Part shown: positions 38,101 to 50,900 of the stretch, piece by piece | How the letters are laid out: every line of letters begins with the position of its first letter | Position numbering within the stretch: the stretch's first letter is position 1 | NCBI GenBank assembly: GCA_040954595.2 | Contig: CM082580.2 | Location: 9,588,390 to 9,652,389, forward strand | Length of the DNA stretch: 64,000 bases | Source: Balanoglossus misakiensis | Lineage: Eukaryota; Animalia; Hemichordata | Direction of reading: 5' to 3' | Made by a program: the position numbers and the translations under genes | The notes under the pieces: generated by a model | The model's input: only the letters and a program-made list of their open reading frames with translations | Database searches by the model: none | Told to the model about the DNA's origin: nothing

Positions 38101-41100
38101 CATTCAAGTTTCGTTGTTACAAAAGTTACTGAATTTCCACTAAAGAGAAGGAAGCCTCTTCAAATGGTTTGTGGCAGCCGCTCAAAGTCAAACAGCACCG
38201 ATTTTAATACATGGCCTGCACATTGGCTCCAATGGTCATACAGTGTAGACTTGGGAGGGAATGGACCGGATAGAAGTTGATATTTAAACCGTTGCATCCA
38301 ATCCTTGCTGAGAGGCACTCAGAATAGGTCAATTGAGATGATTTGCTTCCGACAATGTCAAGTGCCGATGCATGTTCCGACAATGTTGAGTGCCTATGTA
38401 TGATTTTATGGCCGGACACGATACTTAGAAGCACTGTCATGCAGCTATCACGAGATGCATGTAACATTATTTTAATACACGCAGTGATGTTGATTATGTT
38501 TTGTAACAGCCACTCAAGGCACAACAAATTTGCTCATTAAAATGTGTTTCTACATGAGGTTTTAAAATGTTATAGCTGGTCGGTCAAGTTCAGTCCGGCG
38601 ATTTGACCAGTGACCGGCTGAACATGTAGATACTGTGTGTGTGTGTGTGCGTTGGGGGGGGGGGGGTGTTTTATACAGCAATATGGAGTTTGCAATGAAA
38701 GACCACTTTTACCTTGCTTCTTGCCTGCTCCTAACTCACAGGGCAAATTACTTTCTTTTTCACGAAGTGCTTCCATTTCCACCTGCGGATGACCGTGTGC
38801 AGTTTGAGCAATGCTGCCATCCGCTCCCTGGTTCTTGCAATTTTCCTTAAAAAACGACCACATCACTTCCTCGGGGATATCTGGCAGCATTTTCCGCAGT
38901 TCCGTCTTGCCGACGCCCACTCTCCTGCTCTCCGGCGACAGTGCGAAACTGCACGCCTCCACGTACAGATGTCTCCGCAGAGCCCGCCGGTAGTACTGGG
39001 GGAAAGTGGCCTGCAGGATGTCCAGGGTCAGCAACTTCCCTTCGCGTAATTTCTGCCGAATCCATTCGGCCACGATGTCCTCCGCGTCGTGCGCGTCCTG
39101 TCGCGAACCCAGCCCCAGCGGCTCGACGCCGACCATCTTGGCGATGCGGTCAATCTGGCCGGCGCTGAGCTCGGGCAAGACCCGCACGGCTCGCTCAACG
39201 CCCTCCTTGGTGCCATTCTTGATCGTGTACTTCTTGGCCGCGCTGTAAACAACGTATCGCATGTCCGCGATACACTCCTGACCTCTGGAATGGAGCAGCT
39301 CCGCCAAAGTGATGGGAGTTCCCTGCTCCAGGGCTTCCAGCAGGGATTCCGTGATGACCCGTTCCACTTCTTCCCCGGAATACTGGACCTCGTCGGCGGC
39401 GCGGGTACGGGCGTCCCGAGGATCAGATCCATTTTCGTTCCAGGGGTTCCTCTCTGGCATTCTGACCACTTCCATCTTGAGCTCAAACGATTCCTCGCCC
39501 GACAGTCAGTCCGTCCTGTAGAAGACCACGGCGATCGACCAGTACACACTGGTGGCATTCATTCATGGAGTCTCTGGTTACAGAGAGACTGAAATAGGCT
39601 TCGCGGTCTGGTCAGAGGTGAACATGAACTCATTCCAGTGCTACATGTACAACCAGCTCTGAAACCGTGTGATCAGACGTTCGAAAACAGCGCGGTGGTG
39701 ATTTCTACCTGAATTACCCCTGCCACTGTTTTACAAGTGTCTCAGTGTGTGTGTGTCCTTACAAGGTATGACCTCCCTTCTTGAGGGCCTACTTGCCCAA
39801 AATAAACACAGAGGGTGTCGGTTTCATGGGCGGATCCAAGAATACCACTTGGACATTGGTAAAGAAATCCAGACCTTGTATTATGCCTGGAATTCCCTGG
39901 TTCTCACAATCACACTGGAAGCACAGGCCGCCGCAGTCAACTGCTCACAGCAAAGCGCAGATTAGCACTGCTTGGTGTCAGCTACGAAAAAGGGGCAATG
40001 AGTCACTCTGGGGGCTCGCTCCTTTATTCCCCGTGACAATGTCAATAACCTCCAAGAGAGAAGTACACAGCTAAAAATAGCCAGTGATAAAAATCACACA
40101 TACATCTCTGTAGGGGATATAATTAAGTATGTCAGTCATGTGCAAGCCCAACCTCCCCTAAGGCCAAATCAGTAAATTCTTGTGTATACCAATCTCTTTG
40201 TTGGAGGTTATTATCGGCTGATCATCAAACCAGGGATAGCCTTGACCATTATTGATAGAGTGTCTCCCGGTAGCACGTATAAATGTCAGTTCTTTTTGAT
40301 CGGATGACGCACATTCGTGTTTGTCTCCCCGTGCTATCCGACCAGAACACTATATTTCTTCTGGATAGACCGCGGGAGTTGAAGGCAACAATACCCATTC
40401 AAGTCAGTCAAAAACCTTGGTAAACCCCCAATCTGACAAATAGGCCTTTTCAGTAAATTACGCGTTAAACTGTGGTGCTGCACTGTGCAGATAATGGGAG
40501 CCTGCTACGCGCCATGCAGCGACAGAAGCAATTTCACAGGCGCAGCCAAAGATTTCTACCCCATCCATATTTTTGAAGGCTTTCCAACCGGTGCTAAGGT
40601 TAGCAATTAAGCCATGTGTAAATGTAGAATTATTACAAAAATATGGTTAAAATGGGACTTTATAGAGGTACATGTGGTATATATGTAAATGTTCATCAGT
40701 ACCAGCAAACACCAAGCTCAGGGGAGGGTCGCTGTTGGATAATCCTGCTTCTGTTTAGATTCTGTATCTTCATCAAGACATTACTGATTTTTAATTCACA
40801 CAACCTAGCAGATACAGTATTTTTTTAAATATGCATGTACCATGCTTTAAACTCAATCAGACAGGGGTTCATGTGGCAAAAAAGGTTGTTCACCAATTCT
40901 TGTGCCACAGACAATGCAATGTACAATACATGTATGCAGAAGTAACATGCTTTCCAATCTGCCCCAGGACGAACAATGGTACATGTATACATTTTGGATT
41001 ATGGGCCCTGGGCACAAAATAAGAAGTATGTTCAGTTCACCCTGTCAAGCCTAAAATATCACTGACACAATGCGCTTATTGAATTTCTCTCCTAAATATA

Positions 41101-44100
41101 TAAACACAATCTAATTGCCTGGAAAGAAATGTCCCAGCTTGTTTATGCATGCACAAAGTGGTTGAGCAAGTATCAATATTCTATACACACAATTTTTTCT
41201 CTCCAAAATTAGACCTGACAAGTTATTTGTGGATTTCCTGATTAACAAACACTCAACACAATTGTCTACGAACATGCGTTTCCTGTACTTGTACCAAACT
41301 ACCAAGATTGTTTGTCTGAAGCCAAAAATGGCGCATGTATCCAAAATCAATGACCCTACCTTATCACAATAATTTTATTTTCTTGATTAGCCAATCACCA
41401 ATCAGATTACATCATCTATAAGACTGAGCATGCAGCCTTGGCATCATATGAAACCCTATTGGCTATTTTTGGCCCCAATGTAAACCATGATATCAAGCAC
41501 TTCATATTATGTTACTTACTGAGCCAACCAACTACAGGCAACGACCAAGATATTCAATATATAATCTTAAACTTTTCTTTTAAAGTTTTATGATATCAAA
41601 TTTTCAACTTTTCTGAAAAAAGGGGAAAGAAAAGAGAAGCATAATTTTAACCTGACAAAGAACTAGTAAGTCAATGTGTCTGCCATACACACGTACACAC
41701 GACTACAATTTCTTGATACTTAAATCATGTACATGTATAGTAACTAGTTCTGACTGCAAACTGACAAAGGTGACTCCCTGAGGCCAAAATATAACAATGT
41801 TAGCGCCTCTTTCTTCTTGTCCTAGAAAACGTGTGCCACAGATTTTTCTTGCTCATTTGCTGTTTTGAAGACCTCGATTGCAGAAAGCATAACCCACAAT
41901 ACATTTGTATGTGACTCGAAGAAAAAAAAAATCACCACTGTACTTGTAGTGATGTACCATTATACAAGAGCAGAGAGAAAACCTTTGAAGTTAAAATGTA
42001 GGTGGCCTAAATTTAGGAAACCAACAGAACAGAAAAGCTGAAATAATTCTGTATTGACACACAGCCATCTTTGCGCTTCAGCCCACTCACTGGAGGATCT
42101 TCTCTAACATGTTGCCAGGCGACAGCATTTGCATCCCCATCATCCCTTCTCCCTAAGAGTTTTCTAAATGTGAAAGCCGTAAAAATCTAAATGTCAGAGA
42201 GTTAAATTTAGCCTGAAATATATAGGGATTGGCCATTTCCCATGCAAAACATTTCCTGGTGAGAGACAATCAAGTCTACTTGTAAGTAGGTCACCGCCAT
42301 GTACTGCTTATTTTTACCACACAATTCACTACTTAAAATATGCACATGGAGTACGATTCTTGCACCTGCTTTTTTGTGATAGTATCATTGATAGACCATT
42401 TGAAAATGACAATACAGTAGAGGACATGGCAGGGTGATACTGTGCAAATGCATTGATCAGGCGAGATTTTATGCACTGTAACAATTAAACAACACATAAC
42501 GCTCCACCACGTACATTATAAAACTTATAAAAGGCACCTTGATGATGTCGATGGATGACCACATTATTTATTGTTGGGAAATTCACTGCAGTCCTTCACA
42601 CTGAGGTTAAATCAATACGAATGGGGACAACTGGATGTTTTACGCGTTAAACACAGTCGGTAGTATTTCAAAGTTTTGACAAGTATTGGGCATCACTTCA
42701 AACCAATACTTTGTATAACTTTGCATTTCTTGGAGGCGTACATTAATAGTTTCTACGTGTTTCGTAAACACGTAGTTGCTGAAAACAAACAGAGAGTGGT
42801 ATGTCAGGAGCGAGAATTTCAAATACCTCACTTCCGGTATACAGCCGCGCGAACATCGCGCATTCACGAGATTCGCATTTGCATAATGGGGTGTAGAGCC
42901 TAGGATCTCTCCCGGGAGACATCTCAGCTACATTTTTTACGTCTGTCATCTTAACTAGAACACCATTTAAACCGTGGTGACATTTAATGATCTATTGTTA
43001 TAAAAAGTATGCCACACTGACGCACGAGTGACGTCAAAACATTGTGTGGTATAGTTAATCCATGGCTTGTTATCTGAACCCAAACAATACGGATCAATTA
43101 TTCTATTATTAGGCACAGGGACGTGTTCTACAACCCATGTTGACTATTCTAAAATGTACATGTACATGTACCTATTCAAAGTCAACATACAAGCTACTAA
43201 AAAAATACTCCGTTTTACCCTATACCCTGATCATTTCACGTAACTAATTCTAACTGAACCATATTTTGATTAGCTTGGATAAACCACGCGTCAATACTGA
43301 ATAATATCCAATTGATTGACGTAAAAATACGACAGGAGAAAAATATTTACACTGCACAAATGGTGCTGACCCACAGATTCTGTTTTTTGACCTCTCGTGT
43401 CAATAATCCGCCAAAAAGGTCTGCATGACAGCCGCTTTATTCACTGTTAACAGTGAAAAATGAAAAATGCAGATGTCAATGTCAGTTTCTCAGACTCATT
43501 TTCAAAGGTGAAATGTAGTTGGCATGTACATGATGTAAGTAGCAGACAAATAGTACTTTTTTTTAAAGATCCATTTCACACGCATGCACGTACATGCAAC
43601 CTGTACTCTATGTGTACATGTATGTCAGTCTGCATCACAAAATGAAACCCACTGCAACTCATACTATCTATGATTATTGGTAGCTAGGTTATACAACACC
43701 CTAGTAAATATGTGCACAAGCACGAGAAACACCTTTGTGAGAACCTATATTAGTTTTAGATGCCATGTCCTTAATAATAGTCACTTTTCTATGATCCTCA
43801 AAATTGTATTCTGTGTACCGGTATTCAACTTACTTCAAAATCATGAATTCTCTGTCTTGCTCCAGCAACACACGACAGAGACTGATGTACCAGTAGCGCC
43901 TCGGCTGAGAAAACCTTGAGAGACTCGACCGGTCTCTATGACACTTTGACCCTGCAGACAGTTTTGACATTCTGAGAACACGTGCCATTGTTGTCGGGAG
44001 GGGCTTTGGCAAAGTCTTGGAAGAAAACAATGCACGCGTAAAGGTGGCACCTTTGTCTGAAATCACCAGCACTGCATGCCTGAGTGGCTCTTAAGTGCCA

Positions 44101-47100
44101 TGGATTATTGCAACATCACTCTTTTCATGAATGAAGAAGTCTCCTGTAATTATTGACTCGACCCGTAGTAGCGGACACAAAAATTGCATAGTCGAGGATT
44201 ATAAGTACATGTACCATGTGTCTATGCACAGTGACTTAACCACTTGTGACTGTGGGTCTATGATAACCCTCTCACCAACAAGGTTTAGACTGACCCTAGT
44301 GTCTTCGATGGCATGGGGAAGGGTAGATTTCTATACATGTCATTCTTCACAACAAGAGATCAAACATAAAAATCAGTTTCCTATTACCGTAGAGGAATAT
44401 CTAATCAGTGTAATAATGTGGAAAAATTTAGGTGATTACTGGACGCACACACAAGATATTCATGAATGTAACAATCACGCAGAACCTTTGGGTAGTCCCC
44501 AACCTTGTTGCTAAGCAAATTTTTGTAGGCAATGCCCTTAACCTCCAAGTTTTCCCAGCAGTACTTGCTTCAGATGCGTAAATAACAATCATTCCAAAGT
44601 CAGTGGGCTAAAAATAACTCAAGTTCATCTACTAAGTGCGGGGAATTAAAGAAGATTTTACACTTCAGCACTCTTGCCAGAATGACCCAATGAACCGAAA
44701 ATCTCCCTCAGCAGCTTAGTGGTGTACATCCACAATCCCCCGTATTATTTCCCAAAATAGTCACAGCACACTTCCTGGCATCTGTGTGCCAAAACAACAC
44801 AGGAACAACATTCTTGGGCGTAAAATGTACATTTGTATATCCACTGACCTCTGTGTGCCATCTAGTTTTCCCAAGTAAAATGTTGAGATTATACATGTCT
44901 CAGGGACCATCTCACATAGTGGCATACATGTACGTTCAACAAAAAGAACTGTTTTAATTGTTTTATAGACCAAAACCCCATTCCTTCCCCTAAATGAAAC
45001 GAAACTTCATAAGTGCTCAGTGTGGATGATATGACATGGTGTTGTAGAGGTGCGGGGACTTTTATTTTCTGTTTAATTAATGCACACGTAAAACTAGTCG
45101 ATCACTAAAAAGAGCATGAGGTCACCAACTGAACTGAAGTCAAACCTATTAACCACTGTGAATTAACTCATGCCACTGAGGTGATCCCTTCACTGTTTGT
45201 TAAGGAAACAGATTTTACGAGGCTGAACTCTCACATTTAAGGTCACAACTGTTTTGAGTTTTGTAGGAATGTACATTAAGAACTGTGCTTGTCAATGAAA
45301 TTAGCTTTTCTTCTAGTTCATTTACGAGCTGTACAGCTGTACATGTAACATACCTACCCCCCCCCCCCCCCCCCTGAACATACCTGTGACATGGGAGTCT
45401 AATTTATCATGTACATTGCATGGTATGATACTTCACATAAAAATTTATGTCATGAGATACATGTTGTACGTCTACAACTTAGTTAGCCAGTATCTACATG
45501 TAGATTGTCTATTCTTGGGTCTGCCAAAAAGCCAACAAAAGGTACACTAGATACTATAGGATAAGCAATTTGAACAGCCAAGCTCTATTACTGGTAAACG
45601 TCTTACAGTTCCATGTAACATCGCCATGAGGTTGCAAATTTAAAAATTCCAAAAGTTTGTCAACGGATTGCAACTTTTTCCCCTTTGACTCTGAAGGCTC
45701 AATAAATTCATACCAATCGATGTTTATACATGTACTACATGAATATATGATGTCTTCACCAACGCCTGTAGTCTTTCCTTTGAGAATCACTGCTTTCTAA
45801 AATTACACTGTAAATGGGAAGGTGGGAGGAAGCCCTCAAAATTCAGCACATCTCGAAAGGTTTCATGATAAAAATATCACCAAAGTTCTATAGATATCTC
45901 AATAATGCTATACGCAGCCGATGGCAAACTTCTGATGTTTTTTTGTTCTAAAGAATCGACCAACGCGTTCATGAAGCCAGAAAAAGTGAATCTTTGTACG
46001 GTCTGCCACGACTCGCGGTACTCATATCGGAAATGTTTAAAAATATCGCTTCTGCTGGGAGAAAAACAACTCATCAGGTCTCAGTGACAAAGCCATCTTA
46101 TGTCCATGCATACATGTAGGTTTGATTATGTTGCTAAACATGGCTCAAAACCTACTTAAATGGAACGAAAATATCACACAACACTGTAAGGTTTCATAAC
46201 ACCTAGCTTCGTGCACACGCTACAGTTTACTGGGGAAGACATTCAAATACCACTGTCCTGGTTTCAACCTCATTATGCACGATGTGCCATATGTCCCGAA
46301 TGGCCTGCAATAACCTGCTATTAAACTACATGTTCGCACATGACTCTGAGAACTTTAAATCACACATGTACACTGACGTATTACCGTGATAAAAAACTTA
46401 AAAGCCACTACAGGGTGATTTGACCAATCTAAACCCCTTGGTGGCAAAACTACACGCCCTTTTTCCAGTACACCACAATAGTCACCTCATATGCAGTGCT
46501 ACATTAATAAAGGTATACGGTCACCTACATGTATGCAAATTTACCAACAGTTACCATGATGGTAAATTGAGGTCTAACCAATCACAGATTTTCAGTGGGT
46601 GGCACATAGTTTTGGCTGTGTGTGTGGGGGGGGGTGAATGTGTATGTGTGTACATTTCATTCTGCATAAAACATACATACATGTACATGTATATCTGCAC
46701 ATTCATTATAACATAGCATTCAACCTTGCCCCTTTCAACATTTGTTGGCCATGAAAGGTGTTAAAATGCCCCCTTGTCTCTCCACATGCATTATCCTGAT
46801 TTCTTACAATCCTTTCAGGGCATTTCCCTCTAGTCCACTCGCATCCTGTGTCAAGAGTGGCAGAGTAGCCAACTCAATGGATCGAACTTCAGCCTAAACC
46901 CTTGCAAACACTATTTTTTTTATCTGTCAGACAAAGCAATGAAATTATTTATACAGGCACAATATTTTCTCAACAAGCGACCTTTGCAATAAGAAATATT
47001 ATTGTATGTATAACCACAGGAAAAGTGTCTCATCTCACTTTCTTGCTCTCACATGCGCACCAATGACAAACACTGATCGCAAACAATGTTGACTGTTAAC

Positions 47101-47948
47101 GTTGAGGATGGCAGTATCCTCAAAATTTGATAAGTAATTTGCTGATGTTTTTTGGTTCACACGTGGTGGCCACCTTCTCCTGTATACATGATGAACCAAA
47201 GTGTAAACTATAATCCATATCAGCTTAACTGTATTTATATTATGGGGATCAAAACACAAAAAGTTCAAGTACATAATCCATATCAGCTTAACTGTATTTA
47301 CATGTATACCATGGGGATCAAAACACAAAAAGTACAGGTACATATCATTATGTACAAGTCCATAAAAATTTCATATCATACAGGATACTAAGCTTTCACA
47401 TACTTTCCACCAATGGAAACACCACAAGTGTGTCATGTCAACAATTAATACCAGCATCATGCCTTCAATTGAAACTTTAATACATGGATCAACACCACAT
47501 AGCAAACAACGAGCCATATGGGAGGTTTTATTTTTACCTGGCAAGAGACACCCTATGACGGTGTAAAAAGTTATCCAATGCACCTTGCATACATACAGTA
47601 TACATGTACTAGTATATATTACATCATGATACACGTTGCTACCTTATAATACACCCTCTCTCAGGCAAATACAAATTACATGTACTTGATCACTGTTTGA
47701 TCCAGCCTATAACATGTAGTAATGGCACAGGTAAATTAAATTTGCCCAAACAATGCGCTGATGGTACTTCTGATATGACATGCCCATCAATCATCGCAAA
47801 CTGAACGCATCAACACAATGGCAATGTCTGTGCTTTTTGTTAAAAGCAATAAGCTGTTAAATAATGTCTAAGAAACCGATTTTTAACTGCCAAGATTCAC
47901 ACTAGTAACACCTTTTACTTTCTTTCTTTCTTTCTTTCTTTCTTTTTT

Positions 47949-47980
<32 letters not shown>

Positions 47981-50900
47981 ACTGTATGTCTAACAGACAA
48001 TGATACATCTGGCAAATGATAGTCAGAAAATGATCGTAGATAATGGAAAATTTTAATTTTCTGCTGTCCGTCTTCCTGTGTCCTTCACCGCCACAAGAAA
48101 GGTTTCAACATGTCTATTTTCTACCCCAGGTCGCATTCCAAACTTTGTTATCATTGTTGGTTCTCAACAAAAGCCGCCAGAGTTTGACGTCATCCGGTAA
48201 TGCTATCTAGCTACCTGTCACTGTGATCTATGCAACCCCTGGTCTTATTTTTAGTGCTCCCATTCACACACTAAGATAACACAATATACCGTGCATGTAG
48301 TTCTCCTGGTAAGCACCCTTGCTTGGCCTGGTGCCATGCATGATTGTCCCGTCATCCTCCAAGTCATAAAAAGTTCCAATTTTATGGTCAAAGCACATAT
48401 GTAGAAATATAAATCAGAGAAAAGCCATGCAGATCTGCAACTTCATAAATCACATCATGGTCTACACCTCTTGCATATAAATGTCATATGTATTTCACCT
48501 TCAGAACAGCAGGCAGACAGATATTTCATCTGTGAGTGTGTAAAACCAGAAGCACAAAAGTAGACTTAGTTCATTTTTAGTAGTTAATTTGAATATTGCC
48601 ATAAACAGCAAAGTTATCAGCACATACACAGCAATACGTTGTTCTGATACATTTACATATTAGCGTTAAAAGTTGCGACAGATGCATATATATTATTAAC
48701 TCATAAAATTTGTCCTTGAGCTCATTTGAAGTGAAAAAAGTCACAACGTGTCCGTGCACACGTATAATGGATCTAAATAAAGACAAAATGGCCTACGAAG
48801 CAGTGGCCATATTGGATCTTGCCGGGGACAATAAACATGCACAGACAGACATGAGTACAACACAGCCTGTTCTATGTGAATACAGGAGCTAAAACTATCG
48901 ACATATGCATGCAGTCTGTGTATTGTATCTTGGAAAAATTTTCAAAGAGATGGTGATGCTTTGGGAGAAGGAACAAAGAGTGCAATGCAATAAAAAATTT
49001 CCCGTCCTTCATGCAGTGTGTACCCTGGTTTTGTATAACCTGCCAAAAATGGACCACTCAATAAAAAAAAACATGTAACATCCCAGGGAGACAAAAATAA
49101 CTTTGTGTAAATTTAATGGTCAATTTTCTTTCCAGGAAGCAATATGTGTATGTTATTTTAAACCATGACTAATACTTTTGCAGCATTTAGCTGCTCACGT
49201 GTACATGTACATGTAGACTTCCCACGCATGCCATTAGCAGGCCCAACTACTGCATCTGTTTACTCTATCTGGGGTAAATTGAGTACGTCTATATACCTGC
49301 TCAATTTCATATGCATGCCAGTTAAAACCATGATAATTCATTATTTTTATTGGAACAAAACGTGCTGTGTGTACTAGATGACAAGCTTTTTACCAAGAAA
49401 TATTGTGGCCTAGTGGTCAGGGTACCGGACTCACAATCAGAGGGTCCTGGGTTCAATTCCCGGACATGGCCTTCGTGGATTTTCTCTCGGAGGATAGAAA
49501 TTCGCTTAGGTGATTCGCACCTGTTCCAGTCATTCTGTCATATGTGGATGTTTATTTTGTACTTTCTGTGTTTTAGTTGAATAAAAAAAAAATACATGGA
49601 GAAAGTGTGGCTGGACCTCACTAAGGTTTACTTTTACCGCATACGCAATGAAAGTAAACCTTGATGATGTCCAGCCACACTTTCTCCATGTATTTTTTTT
49701 TAGCAGAGGCCTGCCTAAACCAGGCACTGAAAGGACAACCGCACACTCTACACTCCACATACATGTATATGTAGTATGAACTATGATGTTTTTTTGAAAT
49801 TTGGGCATTTTCCAGGGGACTTCAAGTTGAACCCATCCATCTGTAGCATCACTGCTACTGTCAGGCCTCAAGTACAGCACACCAGAAAGCAAATTCTGCT
49901 CGTCCATCTAACCTCATGATTGGATTGAACACACTCAATCACTGTGAAAAATGAGCATTTTAATGCTTTCTGCCAAAACTTTTAAGTGATGAATGTATCC
50001 GGCCGCCCAAAGTTCTCCCCAAAAATGCCTCCAATAGTTCCATGTCTGCAAAAGGGTGCAAAACAACAACAACAGACTAGACGGGTTCAGACGAACATCT
50101 CCAACTTGGAATATTTTGCATTCCTGATGTGTGTTTATTTCATAATAAAAACGAAATGGACATCAGCTGAGTGCTTTTTAACAAGGTTGCAAGTGGAACA
50201 AACGGAGGTACATGTATCTGTCATAGCCGGTTCCTGTACTTGGAATGTTGATGTTCAAACAGAATCAAAGACTTGATTCCAACTTTATAACGGAATACTG
50301 AACCATAAAAATTCAATCTCCATTTTCCCACTAGAGATCTGGATTTGGGAAGACTCACTACATGAACATGTGTATGTATGTGAGGAGGAGATGCCTGGTT
50401 CTAGACACTAAGACAGATATACCCCAGCTGACATACTCAATCTTGACGTCCCATCCAAACTTAGTCGAACAGAAGGAGCAAATCCTACCATACGTAGCTT
50501 TCTACTCTTGGGGGGGGGGAGAGACTCCACAGACATGCACCAGCATATACACAGCCCAGTGTCAGACATGCACACGTACCATATGGAACCAAGTCTCGAA
50601 CGAGCAGCAGTCCACACCCAGCATAGAGCACATGCACAGCTTAAAATAGGCCAATTGATGTATGAAAGCAAATGGAATGGCGACATGAGAATGTTGAAAT
50701 GCCTCAAAATACACAGATATCTAGCACACATTTTTTAAAGGGTCGTGGTACACTATACATAAAACGTACAGGCAAGCTGCGCATCCACTGAATTCACCTT
50801 CCCCTTTTCTAGTCTATATATAGATGACACAGTGTATTACATCACGTAGCACTGCTACAAGAGAACATATACCATATGATCAATATACAGTAATTGTGAG

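Noticed and set aside
39006-39592. Antisense and alternate-frame ORFs overlapping the intronic exon
   Set aside because: Shadow ORFs of a GC-rich coding sequence; only the 39475 frame shows domain-like repeats and a matching donor.
45554-46074. Two adjacent minus-strand ORFs with protein-like composition
   Set aside because: Interrupted by stops and no recognisable motif. Could be a decayed insert, but this cannot be supported without a search.
49404-49470. Functional tRNA-Val(CAC)
   Set aside because: Acceptor and anticodon stems pair poorly; better explained as a SINE head.
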